From: Nemertoderma westbladi
Taxonomy: Eukaryota > Animalia > Xenacoelomorpha
Length of the DNA stretch: 64,000 nt
Assembly (NCBI GenBank): GCA_032718475.1
Contig: JAUCBJ010002026.1
Coordinates: 1 to 64,000, forward strand
Direction of reading: 5' to 3'
The notes under the pieces: model-generated
Database searches by the model: none
What the model was told of the DNA's origin: nothing
Seen by the model: only the letters and a program-made list of their open reading frames with translations
Shown: positions 45,149-56,279 of the stretch, one piece after another
Layout: each line of letters opens with the position of its first letter
Numbering within the stretch: position 1 is the first letter of the stretch
Translations under genes and position numbers: made by a program

Positions 45149-45889
45149 CCGGTCTGCCGGTAGGTAACCAGAGCCTGCTGGTCATATTTACAGGCAGGCT
45201 GACAAGCTGTCAGGAGCGGAAAAACAACAGGTGTTGTTTTGTCCTAGGACTAAAATAACACTTTTCTTAGGTAGACTATCATTAGCAGAGTATTGTTTTG
45301 TCCGGGAATAGTGTATAACAACAATTAATACTATAAAACAGAAGTAAAATAATGCGGTGAAATGAGTTGTTCAGAGTCAGGTGAAAATCATAATGCATGA
45401 AATGTTATGTGATAAGTTAATAGATTTACGTTCTTATAACCAAAGCCATCTGATGTTTCCTGGCCAAAGTCTGAAACTTCCGTACGGAAGCACAGTATTC
45501 TGAGTTGTTATGATTCTCAGTAAAAGGTAAACAAAGACCATAATGCATTGCGCGAGTTTCTATAGGTTTCTGTTAGCCATAAAGTGAAAATTGCTCTGAT
45601 TGGCTGAATAAGACAGAACAAAGAACTTCCACTACACAAAGAATCAGCTGACAGATTTCGTCATCTTGGTTCTAATTCCTTCCTGTCGCGTAGTTGGATA
45701 ATTTTAGGGTTATTTTAGAGTATTCTGCGCATTGCGTAAAAATGACTTGTTATGTCCGCAAAAGCTTTTACAGTAATTTTAATGATATGTTTTATTGCAT
45801 GTCAATATTGACATCTAATGTCAATATTGACATGAACGCTGGGTTCTTATGTTCATTTCACCCCCACCAAATCTATTTAGAGGCCTTCA

Positions 45890-46366
45890 AGTAGCATCAC
45901 AAATACCAGAATACTGAAACGAGCTGTCAAAACGCTTTAGTTAGAGGCATTCTTGCTGCATTATAAATACTGAAAAGAGCTTTTGAAACTATTCGGGCCT
46001 TCGCGCAGCATGTTAAATACTGAAAAAGAGCTACTAAAACTGTTCAGAGTCCTTTGTGCAGCATGATAAATGCTGAAAACTGCAGTTGAAATTGTTCAGA
46101 GGGTTTCATGTATCATGAGAAAAACTGAAAAGAACTGATAAAACTGCACAGGGGCTTTCGCACAGTTTGAAAAATACATAAAAGATCTCTCAAAGCTGCT
46201 CAGAGACCTTTGTGCAGCATGATAAACGCTGAAAAGAGATGTTGAAACTATTCAGAGCTTTGTGCAGCATGATAAATGCTGAAAAGAGCCGTTGAAACTA
46301 TTCAGAGGTCTTCGAGCAGCTTGAGAAGGACTGAAAATAAGTTTTGAAACTTTCAGGCCTTCGCAC
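45890..46366. repeat. ~52-bp satellite, diverged left part
   Basis: Units such as CCTTYGTGCAGCATGATAAATGCTGAAAAGAGCTGTTGAAACTGTTCAGA, in the same orientation as 62667-64000. Confidence 0.85.
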
Positions 46367-46450
46367 CGGTCCTACTAATTACCCCAACCTACCACAATTT
46401 ACCCCAACCTACCACAATCTACCGCAATCTACCCCAACAATTCGATAGAA

Positions 46451-46686
46451 GCATCTAATTACCACAATATTATTTTACAATGGCATCTAATTACCACAAT
46501 ATACAGAACGCAAGTGTCTATTTACCACAAGACTACACTGCATCTAATTACCACAATATTCAGATATTATTTTACATTGGCGTCTAATTACCACAATATA
46601 CAGAACGCAAGTGTCTATTTACCACAAGACTACACTGCATCTAATTACCACAATATTATTTTACAATGGCATCTGATTACCATAAT
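46451..46686 (+). repeat. 89-bp repeat array, left arm (about 2.6 copies)
   Basis: GCATCTAATTACCACAATATTATTTTACAATGGCATCTAATTACCACAATATACAGAACGCAAGTGTCTATTTACCACAAGACTACACT units. Confidence 0.88.
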
Positions 46687-46687
46687 A

Positions 46688-47725
46688 GCGTAGGCGCGGG
46701 TGACTTTGCCATTGGTGGTGACATTGCCAGTGTGTATATTGATTTTCTCTTTCATAATATGAGGAACAGTTTAAGACAATTGAGACAATTTGGTTGTTTA
46801 GTGGCATAGTATTTATGTAAAGCCATATAAAATTTTACAAAAGTTGTAAAAATAGACAGTAACAAATGATTTGAAGCATCTACAAAATTTGCATAATAAT
46901 TTTCATAAAAATTATTATTTGATCAGATAAAAAAAAAGTTGTAAACAAAGTGTTCTAGGAAATAGAAATTATATAAAACCTGATATATAGTGATAGTTTA
47001 TTATTATTGAGTTCAATTTTTTATGATATTACCCAGACATAGTTGTGTAGAATACAATGGCAAAGTCACCCCAACTCTGACAAGGAACCAACTGAATAGG
47101 GCTGTTATTTTGTTTATGATGTAGGCCTTTTATACGGTATTAATATTCAGATATTTAATATAATAGCCTAAAAACTTTACTCCACATTTCATTATCTGCT
47201 TGCATATAATTATAGTAGTACCATAGTGAAATGCTGAAATGCTTGCAGGCCTATCCTTTACATCACATAGCGTTTTAGTTGTACCGGTACTGATACTTAC
47301 TTATGGCATATCATTTAATTAATTATCCTAAACTTTAGTTCCGGTACTAAAAGTACTGGTAATGACTTAGTATCAGCTTAGGATGCCTGACATTTAACGT
47401 AAACTTGGCTCACGTTCTTATCGAAATTATACTGAAGATGCTCTCATAAAGGCAGTGGACGAAATTCGGGGAGGTAAAACTGCAAAATCAGTTTCCGAAA
47501 AGTATAACATACCACGCCGAACATTAGGAAAAAAAGTTAAAGAAACTTCATACAAAACCGGTAAGGGGACAGAAGGTGCTCAATGACACTGAAGAGAATG
47601 TCATTAAGGATAGCATTCTACAATGTGCGGAATATGGTATGCCATTGGACTCATTTGACTTACGAATGTTGGTGAAGTCTTATTTGGATAGTATTGGTAG
47701 AGAAATAAAGAATTTTACAAATAAT
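46688..47725 (+). pseudogene. pogo/Fot1-like DNA transposon 5' fragment (HTH-psq and CENP-B-type HTH)
   Basis: From ATG 47383: MPDI*RKLGSRSYRNYTEDALIKAVDEIRGG...KYNIPRRTL, then after a frameshift VLNDTEENVI...AEYGMPLDSFDLRMLVKSYLD...FTNN. TIR-like GGGTGACTTTGCCA at ~46699 with an inverted copy at ~47058. Confidence 0.8.
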
Positions 47726-47729
47726 ATCA

Positions 47730-49100
47730 AATTCGTTACATCAGGATATTAAATTTACAGTTGAATACCAAAACATTAAGGGACAGTTACCTTTTTTGGA
47801 CGTACTAATTGGTTTAGTTTATGGTAAATTCTCGACTGACGTTTATCAAAAACCTACCCACTCCAACAGGTACTTAAACTTTTCATCCAACCACCACCCA
47901 CGGGTGAAACAAAGCGTATGCAGTGCATTATTTTTTAGATCCAATCGTATTTGTTCTACTGTAGATGCACGAAATCGCACTCAAACTAAACTGGCTAACA
48001 CATTAGCTAATAATGGTTATCCTACCAGAATTATTTATAGTACAAAGAGACGTATCAATAGACAATTCGACCAACCTAAACCTGTACGACCCAAGGACAA
48101 AATTGACATAAGACTTGGCTTACCATATGAGGAAGGCCTCACTGAAAGTTTGGAAAAACTCTGCGCTCTCTATGGGGTGGCAACTTACTTTGTACCGGGG
48201 CGAAAGTTGGCATCTTTTCTGCTAAAAGGTCACAAAGCGGTGACTGATCATAGGGGCGTAATATATAGGATCCCATGCGAATGTGGTCTAACATATATAG
48301 GTGAAACTAAATACAGTATGGATATCCGTTTAACGCAACATGACAGTGATGTAAGACACGGTAGGTATAAAGCATCGGATCTAGCAGCTCACCATGTGGA
48401 TACTGGACATGTGCCAAGTTTTGAGTTAACAGAAGTCATAGGTAGACAAACCCAGTTACGTAGGAGAAAAATCTTAGAAAGTCTTAATATCCGATTATTA
48501 GGGGACAAAGCTATTAATAAAAGGACATCGGTGGACGTTGACCATTTAAGTGTAGGGGCATTACAAAAATATATGAACTAATATTTGTAGTACATTGTGT
48601 GTATGTGTGGGTGAATGTGTATTTTTTCTTTCTGTGATTGTGCCAATTGTTTGTATTATTTGTATTATACTGTATGTTTAGTACTGTAGTTGTGGTCTCA
48701 TGTAATGTTTTTTATATTATACTGCTTTTGTGCTATAATATCCGTTAAGTTACTGTATGGTGGTTATTTGTCTTGTCAGTCAGTGCATTGGTTATTTTCA
48801 GTATTTTGCAGTATTACAACTTAGGTTAGTACTGGGTTAGGTATTATTATACAGTTTTGATTTTAGGTACCTTACTGTGACTATACATAGTTAGGCCAGT
48901 TTGCAGGACTGTGTTATTATTCCATTATTATTATTATGCGATTAGGATTACATACATATCTCACATTCAATATATCTATCTTCTATTAGTTAGTTGTGTT
49001 TGTTATTGACAATGAATTATAATATTAATTCGAAATATATTTACGATATCGCTGTATTGCTCCGTTTACTTATTATTATTAATTTTGCAACTATCTACAC
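47730..49100 (+). mobile_element. 5'-truncated Penelope-like element (RT thumb, GIY-YIG endonuclease, 3' region)
   Basis: KFTVE...LPFLDV, VYQKPTHSNRYLNFSSNHH, NNGYP, GVIYRIPCECGLTYIGET, R..QH in ORF 47796-48581. Confidence 0.93.
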
Positions 49101-50827
49101 TAACTGGAATTACATTACTTCATCTTTATCGATATTATGATTAATTATAATTAGGCTAGCGGGCGTTGCTGCCTACCCCTCAATGCCCCCGGACAGCGCA
49201 AGATCCTCAGCACCGATGTACTGTCGCCGCTGTGCCTTTCGCCAACATAGTAGCTACACAACGACAACAATACCAGCGCGAGTCACTCCACTGTCCGTCC
49301 CAAGGGCTCAGATTTACTTCAGGTTCTTACTGCAGAGGTAGGGCTACTTTCACAACTGCGACTAGCTACTGTAAACACACTTTAGTAGCAACATTCACCT
49401 ATAAACGCACAAATTCCACACAACTGTCACAAATTGTATACATTCGGGTCATTTGTCCGTTAGTCAAGTGCCTTCCAGAATGCCACGTTATTATTATGTA
49501 TCCTTGGATACTAGCAGTGTGCTATTTATTCGTATGCTATTCAATGGGGCAAGCTTTCTATTGTTCTTTTAACTCGCTTCTAATTCTAGCGTGGTTGTTG
49601 CTATGGTGACATTATGGAAAGCTAGCATTAGAATTAGGGTAATTCGCATGCATACAGATCTGGGATGCTATTTAATAGTAATTATTTAATTGTCAATATT
49701 CCCCTTTATACATGATTTTATGAATTTTATCGGCTATTGACTATATATTGGAGATTCTCGCTCACTAATATACTTAATAGGGTGAATCTCCGCTCCCATG
49801 ATCTATTAATTAATGGAATTTTGGGAATGTTATAAATTGTATAAAATGACAATTTATCAAATTCATGAGAAGATATGAATTTAAATTTATTCCCGTAAAT
49901 TTTATTATTTAATATTAAAATAGACACAATTTTATTCCAGAACATGTCTGGGAACTAGGATCCTTAATTCTAGGAAATTTGTCTTTTTAAGAGTATCGGT
50001 AAGTGCTACGATATCTTAATCGACTAGAATTTTAAAGGATCTGATTTTTAACAGATTTTGGATTTTCTTGGTTTACGAACTCCTTAGAGTTTATTTGTCG
50101 GCATTTACTCTATTATAGCATTTGTTTTAATAGATTTTTATAAATATTAACTATGTAATATTTAAGATGGGCACCGATTTATTCCAGAACTTGTCTGGGG
50201 ACGTTAACCACTGATTCTAGAGTTTTGTCTTTCAAGTATATCGGTGGGTGCCGTGATATCTTAATCGACTAGAATTACAGATGGTCAAAGGGTTTAACAG
50301 ATTTATTTTGCATTTTACGCTACTGTTAAATGGACATCACGCTACTATATGTATTATTTAATATACGGTATGAGAGCAATATTGCAAGAAGCAATGTCAG
50401 TGAGAAGAGGCAAGTCGTTTCCAAGGTCTACCCAGAGCTTGGTTTAGCCGAAACACGAGGATCTGAACTTTGCATTCCTAATACTCTACTTACCAATAAT
50501 ACTTGAGTATAGTAGGAGCTTTATTGTACTTTAATAAGTACGGACATTTCATCTTACTGTAGTCACGCATTTATAATATGATACGGACAGTAAGGAAAGA
50601 GAAAAATAATTATTTCTCGCCATTGCACTAAATATATAATATAAGTAATTAAGTAATAAACACTAATATATATTGCACTAATCTACTAAATAATCGCTAA
50701 AATAACATTCTACTAAATAAAATTAAAGAAAATGATTATAATAAAATTACGTAATAATACATACATAAATATAAAAATAATAAAACAAATATAAAATAAT
50801 ATAGTCACACACCCACTCCAGACACTG

Positions 50828-52337
50828 TTACGTTGGGGAGTCCCTAGATGTTTGTTGGATTAGGGAGGTGGTCGTGGGAAGAGTATCTTGCCTTCCATAG
50901 TTTCCGGAGAGTTCTCTGTCTCTTTCCAGTAAACATAAACGACCAACTGGGCGATTGAGTTGTTGTGTTTCGAACACAATTCCAGGTTTCTTAAAGTTAC
51001 GTCGCATGACGACGAGTTCTACCGATCGCACTAAACCATCATCGGAGATATGAGTCTCGATGATACGACCTGTCTGCCACCGCTTACGTGGAAGATCTGA
51101 TTCCACAATAAGGACCATGTCTCCGGCGCTGACAGTTTTCTTGCTGCGCAAACCACTTGGTTCGAAGTTGTAGCGTAGGCAGATAATGTTTTTTGAAATG
51201 GTCAGCGAAACGATGGGACAACAACTGCACAAGTTGCCAAGTTTGTCGGCAGTATTCGTCTCCGTCCGAGATTTCCGATCGTGATAGCATGGCTACAGGT
51301 TTCTTCAGTAGGAAATGCGCGGGTGTTAGCGCTTCTAGGGAGTCGGGACTCGATGAGACTGGCATAAGCGGTCTCTCATTAAGATAGGCGGCGATTTCTT
51401 CCATTAACGTCCGCAAAAGTTCGTCGGTGAGATACGCGCGGCACGGCACTATAAAGTGAAATGCGGTCTTCACGCTCCTGATTAATCTCTCCCAACTTCC
51501 TCCCCACCAAGGAGTGTCTGCGGCGTTGAAGGTCCAGCTAGATGCTGTTACCCTTAGCTGATCGTCCACCTGTCTTTGGTTCCAATTTTTAACGTAAGCC
51601 TTGATCTCATTATTGGCACCAATGAAGTTCGTTCCCTTATCAGATCTCATCGTGTTGCTAGTTCCAAAGCGAGCGATCTGTCGGCGTAAGCTCAATATGA
51701 AGCTGTTGGTAGATAGATCTTTCACCATATCTAGATGGATCGCTCTACAAGTCATACAGACAAAGATGACACACCATCGCTTGACTATAGTCCTAGCACG
51801 ATATACTTCAATAGGGCCAAATAAATCCACACCGGTAGTAGTAAAGGGTGGTTCATAGAAGCTTACTCGTTCCCTAGGTAATTCTGCCTCTCGCTGTGTT
51901 AAAGGCCTACTAAATGCTTTCCTACAGGGTATACAGTTCCTAAGAACTTGGTTCAGAGCTCTACGGGGTTTATGGAAATAATAGCGAGTTCGAATTTCGC
52001 TAAGAACTCATTCTCTACCAGCATGGTAAAGTTTACTGTGAACATCTACAATCATCTTGATTTGTATTTCAAGATTTCTAATGAGTACAGGAAATTTAGT
52101 GTCAAAGGACAATGGAGCATTAGTTAGTCTCCCTCCAACACGTATTAACCCATCTATCATTGTGCTAGAGAAACGATCCCTTAAGCGCATCTGTGGATTT
52201 CTCAACAACAGGAAATACTTATCGGAATCTTCATAGCATTGCAGGAGTCTCAGTATCTGCTTATTGGTTTCTTCATGCTCCTGGTAACTGATCTTCTCCG
52301 TTAGAAACCTATCTGATACCTTGTATTTGGGAAGATC
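50828..52337 (-). pseudogene. BEL/Pao element C integrase (stops and a frameshift)
   Basis: LIRVGGRL, DLFGP, SDKGTNF, PWWGGSWERLI, DGLVRSV across ORFs 52008-52208, 51084-51830 and 50828-51232; closely parallels element A. Confidence 0.92.
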
Positions 52338-55300
52338 TTAAATAGCATGGACCTGTGCAGATGTCAGTGGAGCGGTATCACTAGCAATCTTCGTCCTGGA
52401 GTAGTGATGATGGAAGCATCGCTTCAAATACACGACGGCCTTACAAAGCCGATTCCAGGAGCTATAGTGATTTATCGCTCTCTGCAGGAGAGGTGAGAGT
52501 CCCTGCGAGATGTCTGGTGTTCCAGATTTCCAGTCTCTTTCTCTAATTTCCACAACAGATTTATTTGTGGCGGGGGAGTTTAGATCCACAGTGTTGTCAA
52601 TGGAAATGTGTAGTACAGACAGATCTAACACGGGTTTAAATAACTTTGATTTACTCGTCCGGGTTTTAGGTTTGACTTTCTCCGCTCCCTTGGCTTGTCT
52701 AATCTCAGCCATGGTGAGATGAGGAGGCCATTCATCCTCTTCTTTACTTAGGAAGTCGGGTCCACCTAACCAGTCTGGAGTATCTATCAGTTCTTGAGGA
52801 GTTGCTCCTCTGGAGGCGATGTCGGCTGGATTAATCGTCCCAGGGCAATGTCTCCATTGATCTACCTTAGTTCGACTAAGTATAATGGCTACTCTGTTGG
52901 TAACGAAGATGCTGAACTGACAGACTTCGTTGGTTATATACTCCAAAACGAGTAAAGCATCGGTCCAATAGATGGTTTTCTCCAGTGGATAGTCGGTCTG
53001 TTCTGTTACATTCCGGCCGATGGCTGTAGCGTATAGAGCCGCTTTTAACTCCGCTCGAGGAACTCGTAGTTTGTTGTTTATCAAGGCCTTAGAGGTGACC
53101 AAGGCAACTTTCATTCCATCCGGAGTTTCAACTCTCAGGTAGGCTACTATACCTATTCCCATATCGCTGGCGTCTCCAAATACATGGAGTTGATAGGAAT
53201 ACGTGGGGAGAACGTGACCAAAATATGAATGGGAAATCGTAAAGTTCTCGATGGATGGTAGAGAATCTTCCCATTTCATCCACTTCTTTAGTAGTTCTCC
53301 CTTAAGTGGATCGTCCCACGAGTGGTTTTCAAGCCACATTTGTTGCACTAAACTCCGAGCAACCAATATAACTGGGCTAATAAATCCCAATGGATCAAAA
53401 TAAGTGCTCAGGATACTGAGACAAATTCGTTTAGTTCGAACTGGATTATCTCGCTGTTTTAGCTGGAAAAACAGGATATCTCTCTCCGTGTCCCATTTCA
53501 AACCAAGCGTCTTGGTTTCCGGAAGATCGTCCTTGATGAGGTCCAGATCTTTAACCCCTCGGTCTTCTACTGGGATCGATTCCAGAAACTCACGGGAGTT
53601 ACTTGTGAATTTGGTTAGTCGAAATCCACCGCGTTTCAAGCACTCTACCGTTCCCTTGGCAACATCAATGGCTTCTTCCACCGATGGGAGGGACTTTAAA
53701 TTGTCGTCCATGTATATATCCCGTTTGATGTTGTCTATAACTGCTTTAGAGAAGGCGTCTCGGTTGTCATCAGCAGTGGTACGCGCTACTGAGCAAGCGT
53801 TCGAGGGGCTCGAGATGATCCCGAAAGCCTGGATGGTCATCCAGTACTCCACTGGTTTCTGGTTGAGGTCTCCTTCAGGCCACCACAGAAATCGTAGGCT
53901 GTCTCGATCCATATCCAGCGCCTTAACTTGTAAGAACATGCCTTCTATATCCGAGGCGAAAGCGATAGAATATTGCCGTAATCTTAAGAGTATTCCCAAC
54001 AAGGATTGGAGTAAGTTGGGTCCTGGCAACAACTCAGAGTTAAGGGATTGGCCCATGTAAAGGGCGGAGCCGTCGAATACTACCCGGACTTTGTTGGGTT
54101 TACCGGGTTTGGGAACATAATGATGTGTTAGATAATACGTTCTCTCAGTTATGGGTGTTTCTTCCGGTACTCGCTCCGCGTATCCCTTATCGATGAATTT
54201 CTTCAGCTGGGTCTTATACATCTCTTTAGCTGAAGCATTGGCCGTAAGACGCCGATGTAATTGCGCGATTCTCTTCTCCGCTAAGGGTCGGTTATTTATG
54301 AAGTTGGGTTCTCGCCGTCGGAATGGAAGACCAATTTCATACCTTCCTTGATCTTTAAGAAAACGGGTAGTTGTTTCCTGAATCTGCTTGGCTCTTTCCT
54401 CCTCGACTGATAGGGCCTTATCGTAGGAATTAGGCTCTACAGCTTCTTGAGTAAAGAATCGTACAGTGTGTTCATTGCGAATCTTAGCGTTGTATCGATC
54501 TATCACCTCATTTAGTTCGTCGTTGTAATCGAATTGTCCACCATGATGGATGAGATGACACAGGTTCACTTGGTTTTGCCAAGTTTTGTTTTCAGTGAGG
54601 AGGTCGATTGTGTTTTCCTCGTCGAATAATTGGTGAATGTCGTCATTATCTGAGGAGTATGGGATTCCCTCAGTTGTGGTCTCTCCCTCACTGATTTCTT
54701 CTTCCCATTCACTCACCTGATGGACTTGGTCGTTGGGTAGCCTTTCCAGGAGTGTCCTACGGGAAGGTCCAGTGAAGTACCAACCTACTCTTGTTCTTCC
54801 CGCATATGTTTGTAATGGTTGCGGTCGAGCAGGCCGTTTTTCTAATGCCTCTAGCGCCTCATGCGCATTTTGGCCGATGAGTATCTGTACCCCTGGGTAG
54901 TTGGTGTTGAATCTAGGGATATTGTGCTGCTGGGTAAAATCATCTTCATCCCAGTTGTAAGGTTCCACTTGGCTGGTAGCAAAGTTCTTTATTGCCACCA
55001 TTTTTACTGACCTTATGCTGTGTTCTCCTAGTTCGTCCTGGGGAGTGGACAACGCGCCTACATAGTAGTCTGTAGCTACTATAGATTTCCAAACCTGCAT
55101 AATTCCTGAAAGGTTCAACTTAGTTCGGAACTTGGGTTGTCCAGCAAAGATGTCTTCGGCTAGTTCTTTGTCAATGAATGTTCCTGTGCTGCCGGTGTCA
55201 AGGAGGGCGTTCACTATAAAACTCTTAGCTAACCCGTGGACTCTCAGCTGCACTACAGGGAATTCCCGGATTCCGACGTTGGAAGTTGGCGCTTTCCAAG

Positions 55301-56207
55301 ATGGTTGTCGGTCCGGAATAGTCAGTGGGAGCTCGCTATCGGTTTCAGTCTCATACGTAAGCGCTCGATACACCGCGGTGTTTATCATATAACAGGATTC
55401 GTTTTCGTCGGAGAATTCGTCCGTGTAAAATCCTTCCATCTCAGAGCTGTGGTCAGTGTCGTTCACATCATTGAATTGGAAATGTAGTTCGGACTCACTT
55501 ACCTGACTCGGGCTGTTTCGTTCGAATTCAGTGTGCAACAAGATATGATGTTTTGCGCCGCACTTAGCACACCTTGTGTCTGAGTAACAGGTTCGCCGTT
55601 GGTGTCCTTGTCTGAGACAATTATAACACAACCACTTATCCCACATGACATCACGTCTATCCTTTAGGGATTTCTTTAAGAATTCATCACATCCACTTAA
55701 ACGATGGGGCCCGTCACACAATGCACATTTGGGTTTGATGTTACTTACTTTAACTTGTGTGGTGTTGTGCACACTTGTTCTTTCCTCGGGCTTTCTTCCA
55801 TGAATTCTCTTAGGAGACGTAGGAGGAGTTTTCATTACCTGTTCTCTCCTGTCACTGGTTCGAGACTTAGATTTACTTACATATTTAGATGTTTTGTTGA
55901 CATAGTAAGATCTTTCTGTGTCTTTCCCGCTGTTCTCCTCTTGAGAGGTTTGGCTTTCGCCATCGTCTGTATAACACACTGGTGTTACCTTTCTCCTAGA
56001 AACGGGTTTTTCACTTACTTTATTCTCCGGTGTCTTCTCTCGAGACTGCTTTAGGAGCTGTAATCTTACCTCTCCATTTAAGAATGACATGAGATCAGCC
56101 ATGGTAGGGTCTCTTTGCTGCTGGTCCATCATATAGAGCACTCTCTTGTCCCAACGCGTACCTACTCCACCCTTCGGCAAAGTAGAGGCCACGTCTCCAA
56201 CAACCAT
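52338..56207 (-). CDS. BEL/Pao element C gag-pol (zinc knuckles, protease, RT, RNase H)
   Basis: CALCDGPHRLSGC, CYNCLRQGHQRRTC, CAKCGAKHH; LLDTGS; YMDD; FGDAS, YWTDA, NPADIASRG. Confidence 0.95.
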   Translation of the reverse strand: MVVGDVASTLPKGGVGTRWDKRVLYMMDQQQRDPTMADLMSFLNGEVRLQLLKQSREKTPENKVSEKPVSRRKVTPVCYTDDGESQTSQEENSGKDTERSYYVNKTSKYVSKSKSRTSDRREQVMKTPPTSPKRIHGRKPEERTSVHNTTQVKVSNIKPKCALCDGPHRLSGCDEFLKKSLKDRRDVMWDKWLCYNCLRQGHQRRTCYSDTRCAKCGAKHHILLHTEFERNSPSQVSESELHFQFNDVNDTDHSSEMEGFYTDEFSDENESCYMINTAVYRALTYETETDSELPLTIPDRQPSWKAPTSNVGIREFPVVQLRVHGLAKSFIVNALLDTGSTGTFIDKELAEDIFAGQPKFRTKLNLSGIMQVWKSIVATDYYVGALSTPQDELGEHSIRSVKMVAIKNFATSQVEPYNWDEDDFTQQHNIPRFNTNYPGVQILIGQNAHEALEALEKRPARPQPLQTYAGRTRVGWYFTGPSRRTLLERLPNDQVHQVSEWEEEISEGETTTEGIPYSSDNDDIHQLFDEENTIDLLTENKTWQNQVNLCHLIHHGGQFDYNDELNEVIDRYNAKIRNEHTVRFFTQEAVEPNSYDKALSVEEERAKQIQETTTRFLKDQGRYEIGLPFRRREPNFINNRPLAEKRIAQLHRRLTANASAKEMYKTQLKKFIDKGYAERVPEETPITERTYYLTHHYVPKPGKPNKVRVVFDGSALYMGQSLNSELLPGPNLLQSLLGILLRLRQYSIAFASDIEGMFLQVKALDMDRDSLRFLWWPEGDLNQKPVEYWMTIQAFGIISSPSNACSVARTTADDNRDAFSKAVIDNIKRDIYMDDNLKSLPSVEEAIDVAKGTVECLKRGGFRLTKFTSNSREFLESIPVEDRGVKDLDLIKDDLPETKTLGLKWDTERDILFFQLKQRDNPVRTKRICLSILSTYFDPLGFISPVILVARSLVQQMWLENHSWDDPLKGELLKKWMKWEDSLPSIENFTISHSYFGHVLPTYSYQLHVFGDASDMGIGIVAYLRVETPDGMKVALVTSKALINNKLRVPRAELKAALYATAIGRNVTEQTDYPLEKTIYWTDALLVLEYITNEVCQFSIFVTNRVAIILSRTKVDQWRHCPGTINPADIASRGATPQELIDTPDWLGGPDFLSKEEDEWPPHLTMAEIRQAKGAEKVKPKTRTSKSKLFKPVLDLSVLHISIDNTVDLNSPATNKSVVEIRERDWKSGTPDISQGLSPLLQRAINHYSSWNRLCKAVVYLKRCFHHHYSRTKIASDTAPLTSAQVHAI

Positions 56208-56279
56208 AGAACTCTGATATTCATGAGACTTACCTAGCCAATCTAACTGTCTACAGATCTCCTGGATCTCATCGGAAAA

